A stretch of 64,000 nucleotides of DNA, taken from assembly GCA_964355655.1 (NCBI GenBank), contig CAYHDT010000003.1, forward strand, positions 15,867 through 79,866, written 5' to 3'. This DNA is from an uncultured Candidatus Saccharibacteria bacterium. Lineage in GTDB: Bacteria > Patescibacteriota > Minisyncoccia > Phycocordibacterales > SBAW01. Shown here one piece after another: positions 1 to 8,272 of the stretch. Under the pieces are notes generated by a model. The model was not told where the DNA came from. It saw only the letters and a list, made by a program, of their open reading frames with translations, and made no database searches. Each line of letters begins with the position of its first letter. Within the stretch, counting starts at the first letter, position 1. The position numbers and the translations under genes are program-made.

Positions 1-96
1 TGGCCTTGCTTTTGGCCATGATTTTTTGGGCCGGGTCGCCGAAAATGCTTTTGAGCGAAAACATCTCACGGATAGTAGCATATTTACAGAGAAAAA

Positions 97-123
97 ACCG
101 CCGAACGAGTCGGCGGTTTTTTC
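97..123. terminator. Intrinsic terminator-like hairpin (ACCGCCGA-ACGAG-TCGGCGGT) flanked by an A-tract and a T-tract; could act in either direction
   Basis: Perfect 8 bp GC-rich stem with 5 nt loop, AAAAAA upstream and TTTTTT downstream, seen directly in the sequence. Confidence 0.5.
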
Positions 124-420
124 TTCAAGAGGATAGCTGTTGCGGCAGGAAGTGCGGCAACAGAGGCGCCTTAGCGCTTCTTCTTCTTTGCTGCTTTCTT
201 TTTCTTGGCCATTGTAGTGCAACTGAGAAGTCGCAAATTGGGCTAGGCATCGTTCGACCGCAATCACTTGTCCGGCCTAGGACGTGCAAGTAACGCTTGT
301 TCGATGCTCTACCTGTAAGTATCGCAACAATTCGCGTATATACAATGAAAATTGCGCGCGTACTGTGGATAACTCCGACGTGCAGAGCAGTCGGAGTCCG
401 ACCAAAGCGTCGGACTTATA

Positions 421-1419
421 TTAAAAAATGATTCTTACTTCCTCTTCTATCTCTATATCCAATTTTTCTTTTACCAATTTTTTTATTTTTTCTTTAAACT
501 CAATGACTTCGCGGGAGGAAGCGCCGAAGTCCGCGACGATAACCAGCGGCTGCCGCTCAAAGAAACGGACACCCCCTTCGCGCACACCGTTTACATGAAA
601 AATGTGATCCAAAAACCACGCCAGCGGCACTTTAAACCCGGCGGTCTCCGGCATGGCAAAAAGGGGCATCTCCGGATAGCGGACTTGGAGGCGCTTGGCC
701 TCAATTTCAGGAAGAATAAGATTTTTAAAAAACGAGCCCGCGGTCCCCTCCTTTGTTATGTCGGGAAATTTGTCTTTGCGTATTGCCAAAATCGTCTTGC
801 GGATACGCTCGAGTGTAGCCTCCTTGTTCCTCAAATCTCCGAGGTCTTTATAAGAAAGGTTAGGCCGCGGGCTGGTTGAAAGCGCAAAGGCCGCGCGCAG
901 GACAACATGCCGGCCGTTATCGTGTTTGAAAAAACTATCCCTATATCCGAACGCGCACTCGTTTTTACTCATCCGCTTTATTTCTCCGGTTTTGCGGTCA
1001 AAACTTTCAGCCCATGCCAGTGTCTCGCCAATCGCCGCGCCATAGGCGCCGACCCCTTGCACGACCGCGCCTCCAACCGTGCCGGGAATGCCCGATAAAT
1101 TTTCCACTCCCCACAGCCCGTCGGCAACAGCGCGCGCGACCAATGCGTCCCAACTCTCGCCCGCGCCGGCCACAAGAGTCTCACCCTCTTTGTCTATCCC
1201 CGTTATTTCTATTTTTATGACAAGACCGTCGAAGCCTCTATCATCTATCAAAACATTAGAACCTCCGCCCAAAATAAAAACTTTTAACGCCCTCTCTTTT
1301 GCAAAAGAGAGGGCTGCGCGCACTTCTGCATGATCTTGCACTCGTGCAAGATGGCGGGCCGGTCCGCCAAGACGGAAGGTCGTCAAACCGGCAAGCGACA
1401 CATTTTCTTCGACAGTCAT
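421..1419 (-). CDS. murB: UDP-N-acetylenolpyruvoylglucosamine reductase (MurB)
   Basis: 332 aa; FAD-binding N-terminus FRLGGPA, GGGSNVL, ENLSGIPGTVGGA motifs characteristic of MurB. Confidence 0.85.
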   Translation of the reverse strand: MTVEENVSLAGLTTFRLGGPARHLARVQDHAEVRAALSFAKERALKVFILGGGSNVLIDDRGFDGLVIKIEITGIDKEGETLVAGAGESWDALVARAVADGLWGVENLSGIPGTVGGAVVQGVGAYGAAIGETLAWAESFDRKTGEIKRMSKNECAFGYRDSFFKHDNGRHVVLRAAFALSTSPRPNLSYKDLGDLRNKEATLERIRKTILAIRKDKFPDITKEGTAGSFFKNLILPEIEAKRLQVRYPEMPLFAMPETAGFKVPLAWFLDHIFHVNGVREGGVRFFERQPLVIVADFGASSREVIEFKEKIKKLVKEKLDIEIEEEVRIIF

Positions 1420-3774
1420 TTATTGCCCGCACTTCAGGGTGCCGTCCTCTATTTGCTTTTGCAATTGCAGCATTTCGGCGGCGGCTTGCGGCTGGATTTT
1501 CGCTATCATTTTAATCTGCGCGATAACTTCCGGAATTTTGCACGCCGCGAAGTACACCGAGGCGAGGCCGAGATACTGCTGCGCGTCTTTGGGCGCGGCT
1601 TCAATCCGCAGCTTCCATACGGCGATCGCGCGGTCGTAGAGCTTAAGGTTGGTATATACCTGCAGGAGTTGCGCGTTGTCGACCACCGCAGAGCCAAAAT
1701 GTTCGGTAAGCAGAGCGTCGGCCGCGGCTGTTTGGCCCGCGTAGTAGAGTCCGGCGGCATAGTATACCCGCGCCGACTCATATTGCGGCGCCGCCTCGTG
1801 GGCCGCTTTCAAAAGACTGAGTGCGCCTTGCATATCTCCGGACTGTATAAGCGTAAGACCCATCTGGATTTGTATTTGTTGTTTGAGGGGAGAGTACTCA
1901 AGCGCTTTTTTTAGGTGCGCGATTGCCTCCGGAATTTGTCCGTATTGCGCAAGAAGCGTGGCTCCAAAAAGCTCCAGCCTCGCGTCGCCGGGGCGCGCCA
2001 GGAGAAGCGCGTTCATAGCGTCGCGCGCCGTGGTAAAGGTATCGAGCTTAGTCTGCGGGTCGATGGAGGTTTGAGACCCTATAGACGAAGCGTACTGGAG
2101 AAACTGTTCCGTCGCCTCCTGCACGCCAAGCTGGCTGCCCGGCCACCTAACCACGCCGAGCACCTCTTTAAACTGGGCTAGGTTTTGCTTGGGGTCTTTA
2201 GCTACCCCGACTACCTCACCCGCGTTGTTGCGGCCGGCCTCCTGTGTCTGGATAGCGTTCACCAAGAGGCTCGCGCGCGCGAGGCCCGGAGCGTTGAGTG
2301 CCCACATACCCATAAGTCCCAGCACCAGCACCAGCGGAGCCGCTATGGCCATGCCATGGTCGCCAAGCGGCCTGGAGAGCAAAAGGGACGGCGCGTGCTT
2401 GCGGGAGAGCGAGTGGAGGTATGCCAGCAGCGCAAAGAAATAGATGCCGCTTACTAAGTTGTCGAACACGAAGATGTTGTTAAAGGCGTATCCCGCCAAG
2501 AGCCCCAGCAGTGCCGCGCGCTCCGCCACGGAAAGCTCGTTTGTCCTCACTATCGCCCAGGCCGCGAGCAGGTACAAGAGCGTGTAAAGCGCGAACGCGG
2601 GGATGCCGCCGGCAATCAGCCAGTCGAGGAATTGGTTGTGTGCGCGGTCAAACCAAGCCTCTTGGTTGTACATGCCCGGCTGATAATATTTGTTGAAGAC
2701 AAAGTTAAAGTTCTCCTGTCCCCAGCCAGCTATCGGGCGCTCTAAACCGCCCTGTATGGCCATCGGCCAGATGTATTTAAGACGGGAGGTAACGGTGGTC
2801 TCGGTCAGAGATATCGACGCAAGGCGATTGAGCCCGGGAAGTTGTTTAATGAACGCGGTGTCGCGCGCGGCATAGACCGCCCCCGCAAAAATAACGACAA
2901 ACGCCACCGCGCCCATAGAGAGCCGGCGCAGCATCTCTGACTCTTTACCGCGGGCAAACACTATAAAGTACGCGGCCGCGACCACAAGACCTACACCGAC
3001 GCCCAATATCGCGCCGCGCGTTTCGGTAAAGAAGACGCCGAACAGCTGCAGCACCAGCGCCGCGCCATAGAGTACCTGCAGAGTCGCGCGGTTGCGCGAG
3101 CTGCCGGTACGCGCCAGCATAAAGAGCGTCAAAAAGAAGTTAATAAGAAGGTATACGGCTAAGTAGGTCGCGTTGCCAAAGGTGGTGTCGGCGCGCGCGC
3201 CGCTCTGGGTCGAGATAGAAAGCCACCCTAAAAATTGGAACAGCGCCCAGCCGCCCTGCACGGCGCTCGCCGCGATTGAGGTGTTAAAAAAAGCATTCCA
3301 TAATTTGTCGGCCGTTAGCATCGCGCCCGCGACGACAAACCAGACAAACAGGTGCATCAGGCCGATGTACCCTTCCATACGCTCAAAGTTGCTCCAAAAG
3401 CTCTTGAGCGGGTCGACAGAAAGCATTGTCGCGACCGCCATCCAGCCGACAAACGCCAGAGCGGTCCACAGCAGAACCGAGCCGCGCGGGCGGTACTTCG
3501 GGTCCTTAAGCGCCAGCAATACATAGCAGAGCACGGCAAACTCGACAAGAATACGGAACGCGAAGTTTTTGCCGGTAATGTACGGAAAGAAAAGATTCGG
3601 CCAAAAACTCCCTACCGCGACAATAAAAGGAACAAACAGGGCTAAAAAGAGGGCTGAAAGCGCGCCCCAGCGCAAATAAGCGGTGTATTGCATGAGCGCC
3701 ATAATACCACAGGCTACTCCATAGAAAAACCCGCGCCGTTTAAGGCGCGGGATTGCTTCAGGACCGAGAGACAA
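1420..3774 (-). CDS. O-antigen ligase family (Wzy_C/WaaL/PglL-like) polytopic membrane protein fused to C-terminal TPR repeats
   Basis: 784 aa; about 12 predicted TM helices with a large periplasmic loop typical of the O-antigen ligase/Wzy_C family in the N-terminal 450 aa; C-terminal 300 aa made of TPR-like helical repeats (AxxYYxxG, LxxA patterns). Start may be at a downstream Met (3' end of the EEP gene overlaps by 17 nt). Confidence 0.6.
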   Translation of the reverse strand: MSLGPEAIPRLKRRGFFYGVACGIMALMQYTAYLRWGALSALFLALFVPFIVAVGSFWPNLFFPYITGKNFAFRILVEFAVLCYVLLALKDPKYRPRGSVLLWTALAFVGWMAVATMLSVDPLKSFWSNFERMEGYIGLMHLFVWFVVAGAMLTADKLWNAFFNTSIAASAVQGGWALFQFLGWLSISTQSGARADTTFGNATYLAVYLLINFFLTLFMLARTGSSRNRATLQVLYGAALVLQLFGVFFTETRGAILGVGVGLVVAAAYFIVFARGKESEMLRRLSMGAVAFVVIFAGAVYAARDTAFIKQLPGLNRLASISLTETTVTSRLKYIWPMAIQGGLERPIAGWGQENFNFVFNKYYQPGMYNQEAWFDRAHNQFLDWLIAGGIPAFALYTLLYLLAAWAIVRTNELSVAERAALLGLLAGYAFNNIFVFDNLVSGIYFFALLAYLHSLSRKHAPSLLLSRPLGDHGMAIAAPLVLVLGLMGMWALNAPGLARASLLVNAIQTQEAGRNNAGEVVGVAKDPKQNLAQFKEVLGVVRWPGSQLGVQEATEQFLQYASSIGSQTSIDPQTKLDTFTTARDAMNALLLARPGDARLELFGATLLAQYGQIPEAIAHLKKALEYSPLKQQIQIQMGLTLIQSGDMQGALSLLKAAHEAAPQYESARVYYAAGLYYAGQTAAADALLTEHFGSAVVDNAQLLQVYTNLKLYDRAIAVWKLRIEAAPKDAQQYLGLASVYFAACKIPEVIAQIKMIAKIQPQAAAEMLQLQKQIEDGTLKCGQ

Positions 3775-4504
3775 CCGCCCCGAGCGCGCAGTGGTCGCTT
3801 ATTCCGCAATGCAGACTTGCCGTTGAGACGGTATAGGAAGGGGTAGTAAAGATACCGTCTACCATCGCCGTAAGCCCCCGGATGCGGTGGCGTTCCGGGT
3901 CGATGCTTGTAGTGTAACTCGCAGGAACATTGTCCTTGAAGTGCTCGCAGAGAGTTCCGTAAATTTCTCCCCCGCGCGGCGCATTAAAGTCCCCGCATAC
4001 CAGACACTCCCCCGCCTGCTTGAGTATCTCGAGCATGGCCCGCATATCTTGCCGCTGAAATTCGTCGGCTTTGCCGTCCGGCGTCCAGGTAAAGTGCGTC
4101 GTGGCTATACGATACGCACTATTGTCTTTTCGCACTTCGCCAAAGGCGACCGCGCGATAGGTGGTTGCGCGCCGGCTTGCGAGCGTCTGTTCATCGAGCT
4201 CGACGATGTGTCCGGGATCGCCTACATAATACTGCGCCCGCTGAAAACAAATCGGCAGACGGGAGAAGATAGCGAGACCGACCGTAGAGGACGCTCCGTG
4301 GAGCTTCCCCCCGCACATGGGCACATAAAAATAATGCGCTCCGGCCGCTTGCGCAATGAGAGGAAGAGCATCTTCACGCACCTCCTGCAAGCACGCGACA
4401 TCGGCTTTATGCTTCGAGAGAAAGGGCAGAACCGTGTCGAGATTCTTATTCCAATCGATATTAAGCGTTACGACCCGGAGGCCGCCGCTTTGCGTTTGTC
4501 GCAC
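3758..4504 (-). CDS. Endonuclease/exonuclease/phosphatase (EEP) family protein
   Basis: 248 aa; VVTLNIDW...ADVACLQEV N-terminal motif and C-terminal SDHCAL typical of EEP fold hydrolases. Confidence 0.6.
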   Translation of the reverse strand: MRQTQSGGLRVVTLNIDWNKNLDTVLPFLSKHKADVACLQEVREDALPLIAQAAGAHYFYVPMCGGKLHGASSTVGLAIFSRLPICFQRAQYYVGDPGHIVELDEQTLASRRATTYRAVAFGEVRKDNSAYRIATTHFTWTPDGKADEFQRQDMRAMLEILKQAGECLVCGDFNAPRGGEIYGTLCEHFKDNVPASYTTSIDPERHRIRGLTAMVDGIFTTPSYTVSTASLHCGISDHCALGAVVSRS

Positions 4505-4566
4505 GAGGCAACCTCCTTATGGTTCAAAGCATCTGCGAACCACCATACAAAGATACCGGAAGGTTG

Positions 4567-5526
4567 TCAATGGCGGCGCGGACGATGTTTTGCTATGCGC
4601 TCTTTAAATTCCGAAAGTGGAGGGATAGTGGTTCCTATTTTAGTGGTCGAAAGAGCGGCCCAGATGTTTGCCCGTTCTAAATCTCCGCGCGTCGGGGGAA
4701 ATTCGCCCAACGCCAATGATCCTATAAACGAATCGCCGGCGCCTGTAGCATCCAGCTCCCGCACCTTATGCGCATTGATTTTAATATATTCCGTGCCTAT
4801 CAAAGCAACGGAGCCTTGCGCGCCGAGTTTAACCACAATATCTTCAGCGCGAAGTGCTTTTTGGAGGCGCGCAAGCGATACTTCCGGTTTGCGGAGATTA
4901 AATAGCGGGTCAACACTCCGCGCCTCTTTAAGGTTAAGACAAAACAGGGGCGCTCCTTTGTACCATGAGTGATTGCTCTTATGGTTGTAGGAAATTTGGG
5001 AATCAATGTAGAGCGGTATGCGCCGGCGCACGCATTCCCCGACTATTTTTTTAGCCAAGGCGGGCGACAGAAGACCGTGCCGGTAGTCGGCAATGACTAC
5101 TTTACTCACGGACGGCAATTCGGCGCGCACACGCGCAAACAACGCGCGCGCGGAAACGCCCGAGAGCGGCGAGTTATCGAACTGGTGCCAGTTCAGCACC
5201 CTCTTCTCTCCTGTCCAAAAACGTTGTTTGACCGTGGTAGGCTTACCCGGAATCTGCAGGAACAACTTTTTGAGACGAGGGTGCTCGAAACGATTTGCCC
5301 GCGCGGCGAAATCATCGCCGCCGAGAGCCGAAATAAAAGAAACTCTGCCTCCGAGCGCCAGCATATTACGGACCAAGAAGCCGGCGCCTCCCCACGCGTA
5401 CACTGAAGACCGGCCGAGCGCCACCGGAGTCTTGGTGTGCGACAAAGACTGGCCAATGTAGGTACCGTGATGAAAAACATCAAGAATAAGATCGCCTATG
5501 ACCAAAATTTTTTTGGGATTGCGCAT
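4567..5526 (-). CDS. hldA: D-glycero-beta-D-manno-heptose 7-phosphate kinase (RfaE/HldE domain I-like, PfkB family), stand-alone
   Basis: 319 aa; ILVIGDLILD N-terminus and ATGAGDSF PfkB signature; aligns with RfaE domain I. Confidence 0.7.
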   Translation of the reverse strand: MRNPKKILVIGDLILDVFHHGTYIGQSLSHTKTPVALGRSSVYAWGGAGFLVRNMLALGGRVSFISALGGDDFAARANRFEHPRLKKLFLQIPGKPTTVKQRFWTGEKRVLNWHQFDNSPLSGVSARALFARVRAELPSVSKVVIADYRHGLLSPALAKKIVGECVRRRIPLYIDSQISYNHKSNHSWYKGAPLFCLNLKEARSVDPLFNLRKPEVSLARLQKALRAEDIVVKLGAQGSVALIGTEYIKINAHKVRELDATGAGDSFIGSLALGEFPPTRGDLERANIWAALSTTKIGTTIPPLSEFKERIAKHRPRRH

Positions 5527-5652
5527 ACCGTCAGAGAAAGTATCGCTACTATACGCTATCGTATTCGGCGCGACAACGATTGCAGCATAATATTGACAAA
5601 TGTTACGTTCTATAGTTATCTGTACGCAGAACGCAGGCGAAAGGACCGGGTC

Positions 5653-6105
5653 ATGCCTCTCTCACAGCACGTTAAAGGCACTGTAACGGAAGGGCACAAA
5701 ATCGCTTCCGGACTGGCTAAGGACAATCCCTTCGGCGACAGCACTATCAAGATGCAAGCTCCTTTGTTTAAGGAGCGCGGTCTTGACCTGTCGGGCTGCT
5801 ACAAAGGGACGCTTAATGTCTCGATTGAACCGAGAACCCGCGAAGTACTCGTCAAAGAACCGCACTACCGCGGACTCAAGTGGCATCCGGACTATCCGGC
5901 AGAAGACTTCTTTGTTTTCAAATGCCTGATTCAATTTCGCGGAAGTGTATACGACGGATGGGTTTATTACCCGGATCCGAGCAAGAAGATCGGCTTCCAG
6001 CACAAGCCCGATACTTTTGAGATTATTGCTCCGCTTATCCCGGAAATAAAATACGGCGATTCGGTCACTCTCGTAGTAAACCCGGACGAAATCAAAATAA
6101 ACTGA
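5653..6105 (+). CDS. DUF120 / archaeal-type CTP-dependent riboflavin kinase-like protein
   Basis: ORF track 5437..6105; likely start MPLSQ at about 5653. GTVTEGHKIASG...GTLNV...FEIIAPL closely parallels GEVVSGLGEG...GTLNL...IEIIAPM of Methanocaldococcus RibK (MJ0056) as recalled from memory. Confidence 0.5.
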   Translation: MPLSQHVKGTVTEGHKIASGLAKDNPFGDSTIKMQAPLFKERGLDLSGCYKGTLNVSIEPRTREVLVKEPHYRGLKWHPDYPAEDFFVFKCLIQFRGSVYDGWVYYPDPSKKIGFQHKPDTFEIIAPLIPEIKYGDSVTLVVNPDEIKIN

Positions 6106-6114
6106 CCTCTGACT

Positions 6115-6702
6115 TCACGCGCGCGGCCATAGGCCGCGCGCTTTTCTTTTTATAAGCCGGGCTGCCGCAAGAAGATTTTTTACACTATAGTCGGGGATTA
6201 TAAACTTTGCCCCGGACTCCTTGCCGGCATTGCCGGTCTTAACGAGAATTGTTTTTACTCCTGCGCGCTTGCCTGCGAGAATATCCTTACTGCTATCGCC
6301 TACCATATAGCTGTTTTTTATATCGATATCATACTTCTTTGCTGCGGCCCGCAGCATGCCTATTTTTGGTTTGCGACAGCCGCATATCTTGCGGTATGTT
6401 TTGAGCGGGGCTTCAGGATGATGCGGGCAGTAATACACGGCGTCAATCTGCGCGCCCTGCGCGCGCAAACGTCCGACGAGGGTCTCGTGCATACGCCGCA
6501 GCTTCTTTTCAGATACCTGGCCCCACGCCACTACGGTTTGGTTTGTATTGATGATGACCGAAAAGCCTTCCTTGTTCAGTACGCGTATTGCCTGCGCCGC
6601 ATGCGGGAGCAGGCGCATGCGCCTGATGTCTCTCAGGTATCCGGTGCCGTCGACAAGTGTCGTGACCGTGCCGTCTCTATCCAAAAAAACCGCTGGTTTC
6701 AT
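6115..6702 (-). CDS. gmhB: D,D-heptose 1,7-bisphosphate phosphatase (GmhB), HAD-IIIA
   Basis: AVFLDRDGT HAD motif I and Zn-binding CPHHP...CGCRKP motif typical of GmhB; start taken at MKPAVF. Confidence 0.75.
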   Translation of the reverse strand: MKPAVFLDRDGTVTTLVDGTGYLRDIRRMRLLPHAAQAIRVLNKEGFSVIINTNQTVVAWGQVSEKKLRRMHETLVGRLRAQGAQIDAVYYCPHHPEAPLKTYRKICGCRKPKIGMLRAAAKKYDIDIKNSYMVGDSSKDILAGKRAGVKTILVKTGNAGKESGAKFIIPDYSVKNLLAAARLIKRKARGLWPRA

Positions 6703-6749
6703 AAATATCTTTTTTGCCGTATACTGCGCCCAGACACACGGAGGATACC

Positions 6750-7241
6750 ATGTCAAAGCAAAAAATTATATCGATCAATAAAGCCGTCCGCATCACGGCA
6801 TCGGCAAAAAAAACCGGAAAGAAGGTGGTAACCACGAACGGATGTTTTGATATTATCCACGTCGGACATGTGCGAAACCTGCAGGCCGCGGGGAGACTCG
6901 GAGACCTTTTTATTCTCGGCGTCAACTCCGACGTTTCGGTCAGAGAGAACAAGGGCAGTCTGCGCCCGATAGTCCCCGCCCGGGAGCGGGCAGAGGTGCT
7001 TGCGGCGCTCGAATGCGTCGACTATGTGTTTATCTTCTCCGGCAAAAGCCCTATCTCTTGGATAAGAAAAATTCGACCGTCTATCCATGTAAAGGGCAAA
7101 GGAAGCGAAGGCTCCCCCGCCTTTATAAAGGAGAGAGACGCTGTCGAACGCGGCGGTGGCAAGGTGTTCCTCGCGCCGCTTACCAAAGGCCGCTCGACGA
7201 CCGCCATTATCGAAACAATCGTCAAACGCTACAAAAAATAA
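6750..7241 (+). CDS. hldC: D-glycero-beta-D-manno-heptose 1-phosphate adenylyltransferase (RfaE/HldE domain II-like), stand-alone
   Basis: TNGCFDIIHVGHV cytidylyltransferase-fold motif, near-collinear with RfaE domain II; GGAGG Shine-Dalgarno 6 nt before ATG at 6750. Confidence 0.75.
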   Translation: MSKQKIISINKAVRITASAKKTGKKVVTTNGCFDIIHVGHVRNLQAAGRLGDLFILGVNSDVSVRENKGSLRPIVPARERAEVLAALECVDYVFIFSGKSPISWIRKIRPSIHVKGKGSEGSPAFIKERDAVERGGGKVFLAPLTKGRSTTAIIETIVKRYKK

Positions 7242-7272
7242 ATCCCGCGCCTAGGCGCGGGATTTTTCTTAC
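7241..7272. terminator. Bidirectional intrinsic terminator between convergent hldC and the 7269..8231 gene
   Basis: AATCCCGCGCC-TAG-GCGCGGGATT perfect 11 bp stem followed by TTTTCTT. Confidence 0.6.
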
Positions 7273-8231
7273 AGAGCAGCGAGAGTTTCTCTCAGTACGG
7301 TCGACATCTTGGCAAGGTCCGCTGTACCCTCCACCTGCCGGCCGGACTTATATGAACGAAGGATTCTTTTTGGCCGCAGGTTTGCATCAAGTTCCAGGAG
7401 TGCTACTTCAGCATTGAGAGCCTTTCCTTCAGCTTCTTCGGTATGGAGGAACGACGCTTCATCGAGCAGTGTCGATCGCAAGTCAAGCTCGTACGCATGC
7501 ATAAGATCGATACCGCGGGTTTCCTCGTCGAGTACTACCAGCGCCCGCGTTTGCGTATGTTCCTCTCCGTTGACACAGACGACGATTTCCCTTTCTCCCT
7601 TCAGCGAAAGCAGTCTTGCGCTGACGATATTGAAGAAACCGCTGCGGAAGATATCTGGCAACTCGGCTTCCCTGTCGATGAGATTGGTCAGTGCCGGCAG
7701 TGTGCCGAAGGCAAGCGCATCGAGCTCCGGTTCGCCAAATGACGGAACCACGAGCCCCATAGGCGTCATGACAGCGATAGCTTCGAACGCTTCCCGCATA
7801 AGCCTCCTTGGCCGCACCCACTCTTCGGTCGAACCCGAGATACCGGTCGCCGCCTTGAGATGCCCCGGCATCACTGAATGCGTGAGATCGGACACCGACA
7901 GCGGTGTCACGGTACTATCGCTGAAGTGCAGGACCGCAATTGCTCCGCCGGCCGGCCACCGCCAGCGCGGATTTTTTGGGTCCGATAACATCTGCCGGTT
8001 CTCTTTGTCCGTTGCGATCCGCGCATCGAGCGGAATATTGACGCGAACGCGGGCGCTGTCTTGAGTAAGATCGACTTCAGTCATAAAGAGTTCAGAACCA
8101 TAAGCGCCGGCGCTCAAGAGATTCTGCACACTGAGAGTCTTAATCATGGAGTCCTCCCGCTGGGCAAGCGCGCGCTTGCATGAAACTGTCTGGTCTGCGA
8201 CGACTGTATATAAAAGCGGCCATCCAGTCAA
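7269..8231 (-). CDS. Hypothetical protein (no recognised domain), last gene of the rSAM/ABC operon
   Basis: 320 aa ORF in-line with upstream rSAM gene (42 nt gap); start may be the downstream Met (MIKTLS, about 8150). Confidence 0.45.
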   Translation of the reverse strand: MTGWPLLYTVVADQTVSCKRALAQREDSMIKTLSVQNLLSAGAYGSELFMTEVDLTQDSARVRVNIPLDARIATDKENRQMLSDPKNPRWRWPAGGAIAVLHFSDSTVTPLSVSDLTHSVMPGHLKAATGISGSTEEWVRPRRLMREAFEAIAVMTPMGLVVPSFGEPELDALAFGTLPALTNLIDREAELPDIFRSGFFNIVSARLLSLKGEREIVVCVNGEEHTQTRALVVLDEETRGIDLMHAYELDLRSTLLDEASFLHTEEAEGKALNAEVALLELDANLRPKRILRSYKSGRQVEGTADLAKMSTVLRETLAAL

Positions 8232-8272
8232 CCGATAAAAAAACCCGCGCCATGTTGGCGCGGGACATTATT

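Noticed and set aside
171-212. 13-codon minus-strand micro-ORF encoding MAKKKKAAKKKKR in the 300 bp non-coding gap downstream of murB
   Set aside because: No SD and too short to judge; could be a chance ORF in an A/G-rich stretch, although a leader-peptide role cannot be excluded
6-293. 95 aa plus-strand ORF at window start
   Set aside because: Reads straight through a strong intrinsic terminator hairpin (97-123); likely non-coding
378-410. Hairpin AGTCCGAC-CAAAGC-GTCGGACT just past the murB stop
   Set aside because: Not followed by a U-tract on the murB transcript strand; weak as a terminator
3887-4972. 361 aa plus-strand ORF overlapping EEP and hldA genes
   Set aside because: Antisense to two well-supported genes; composition-biased
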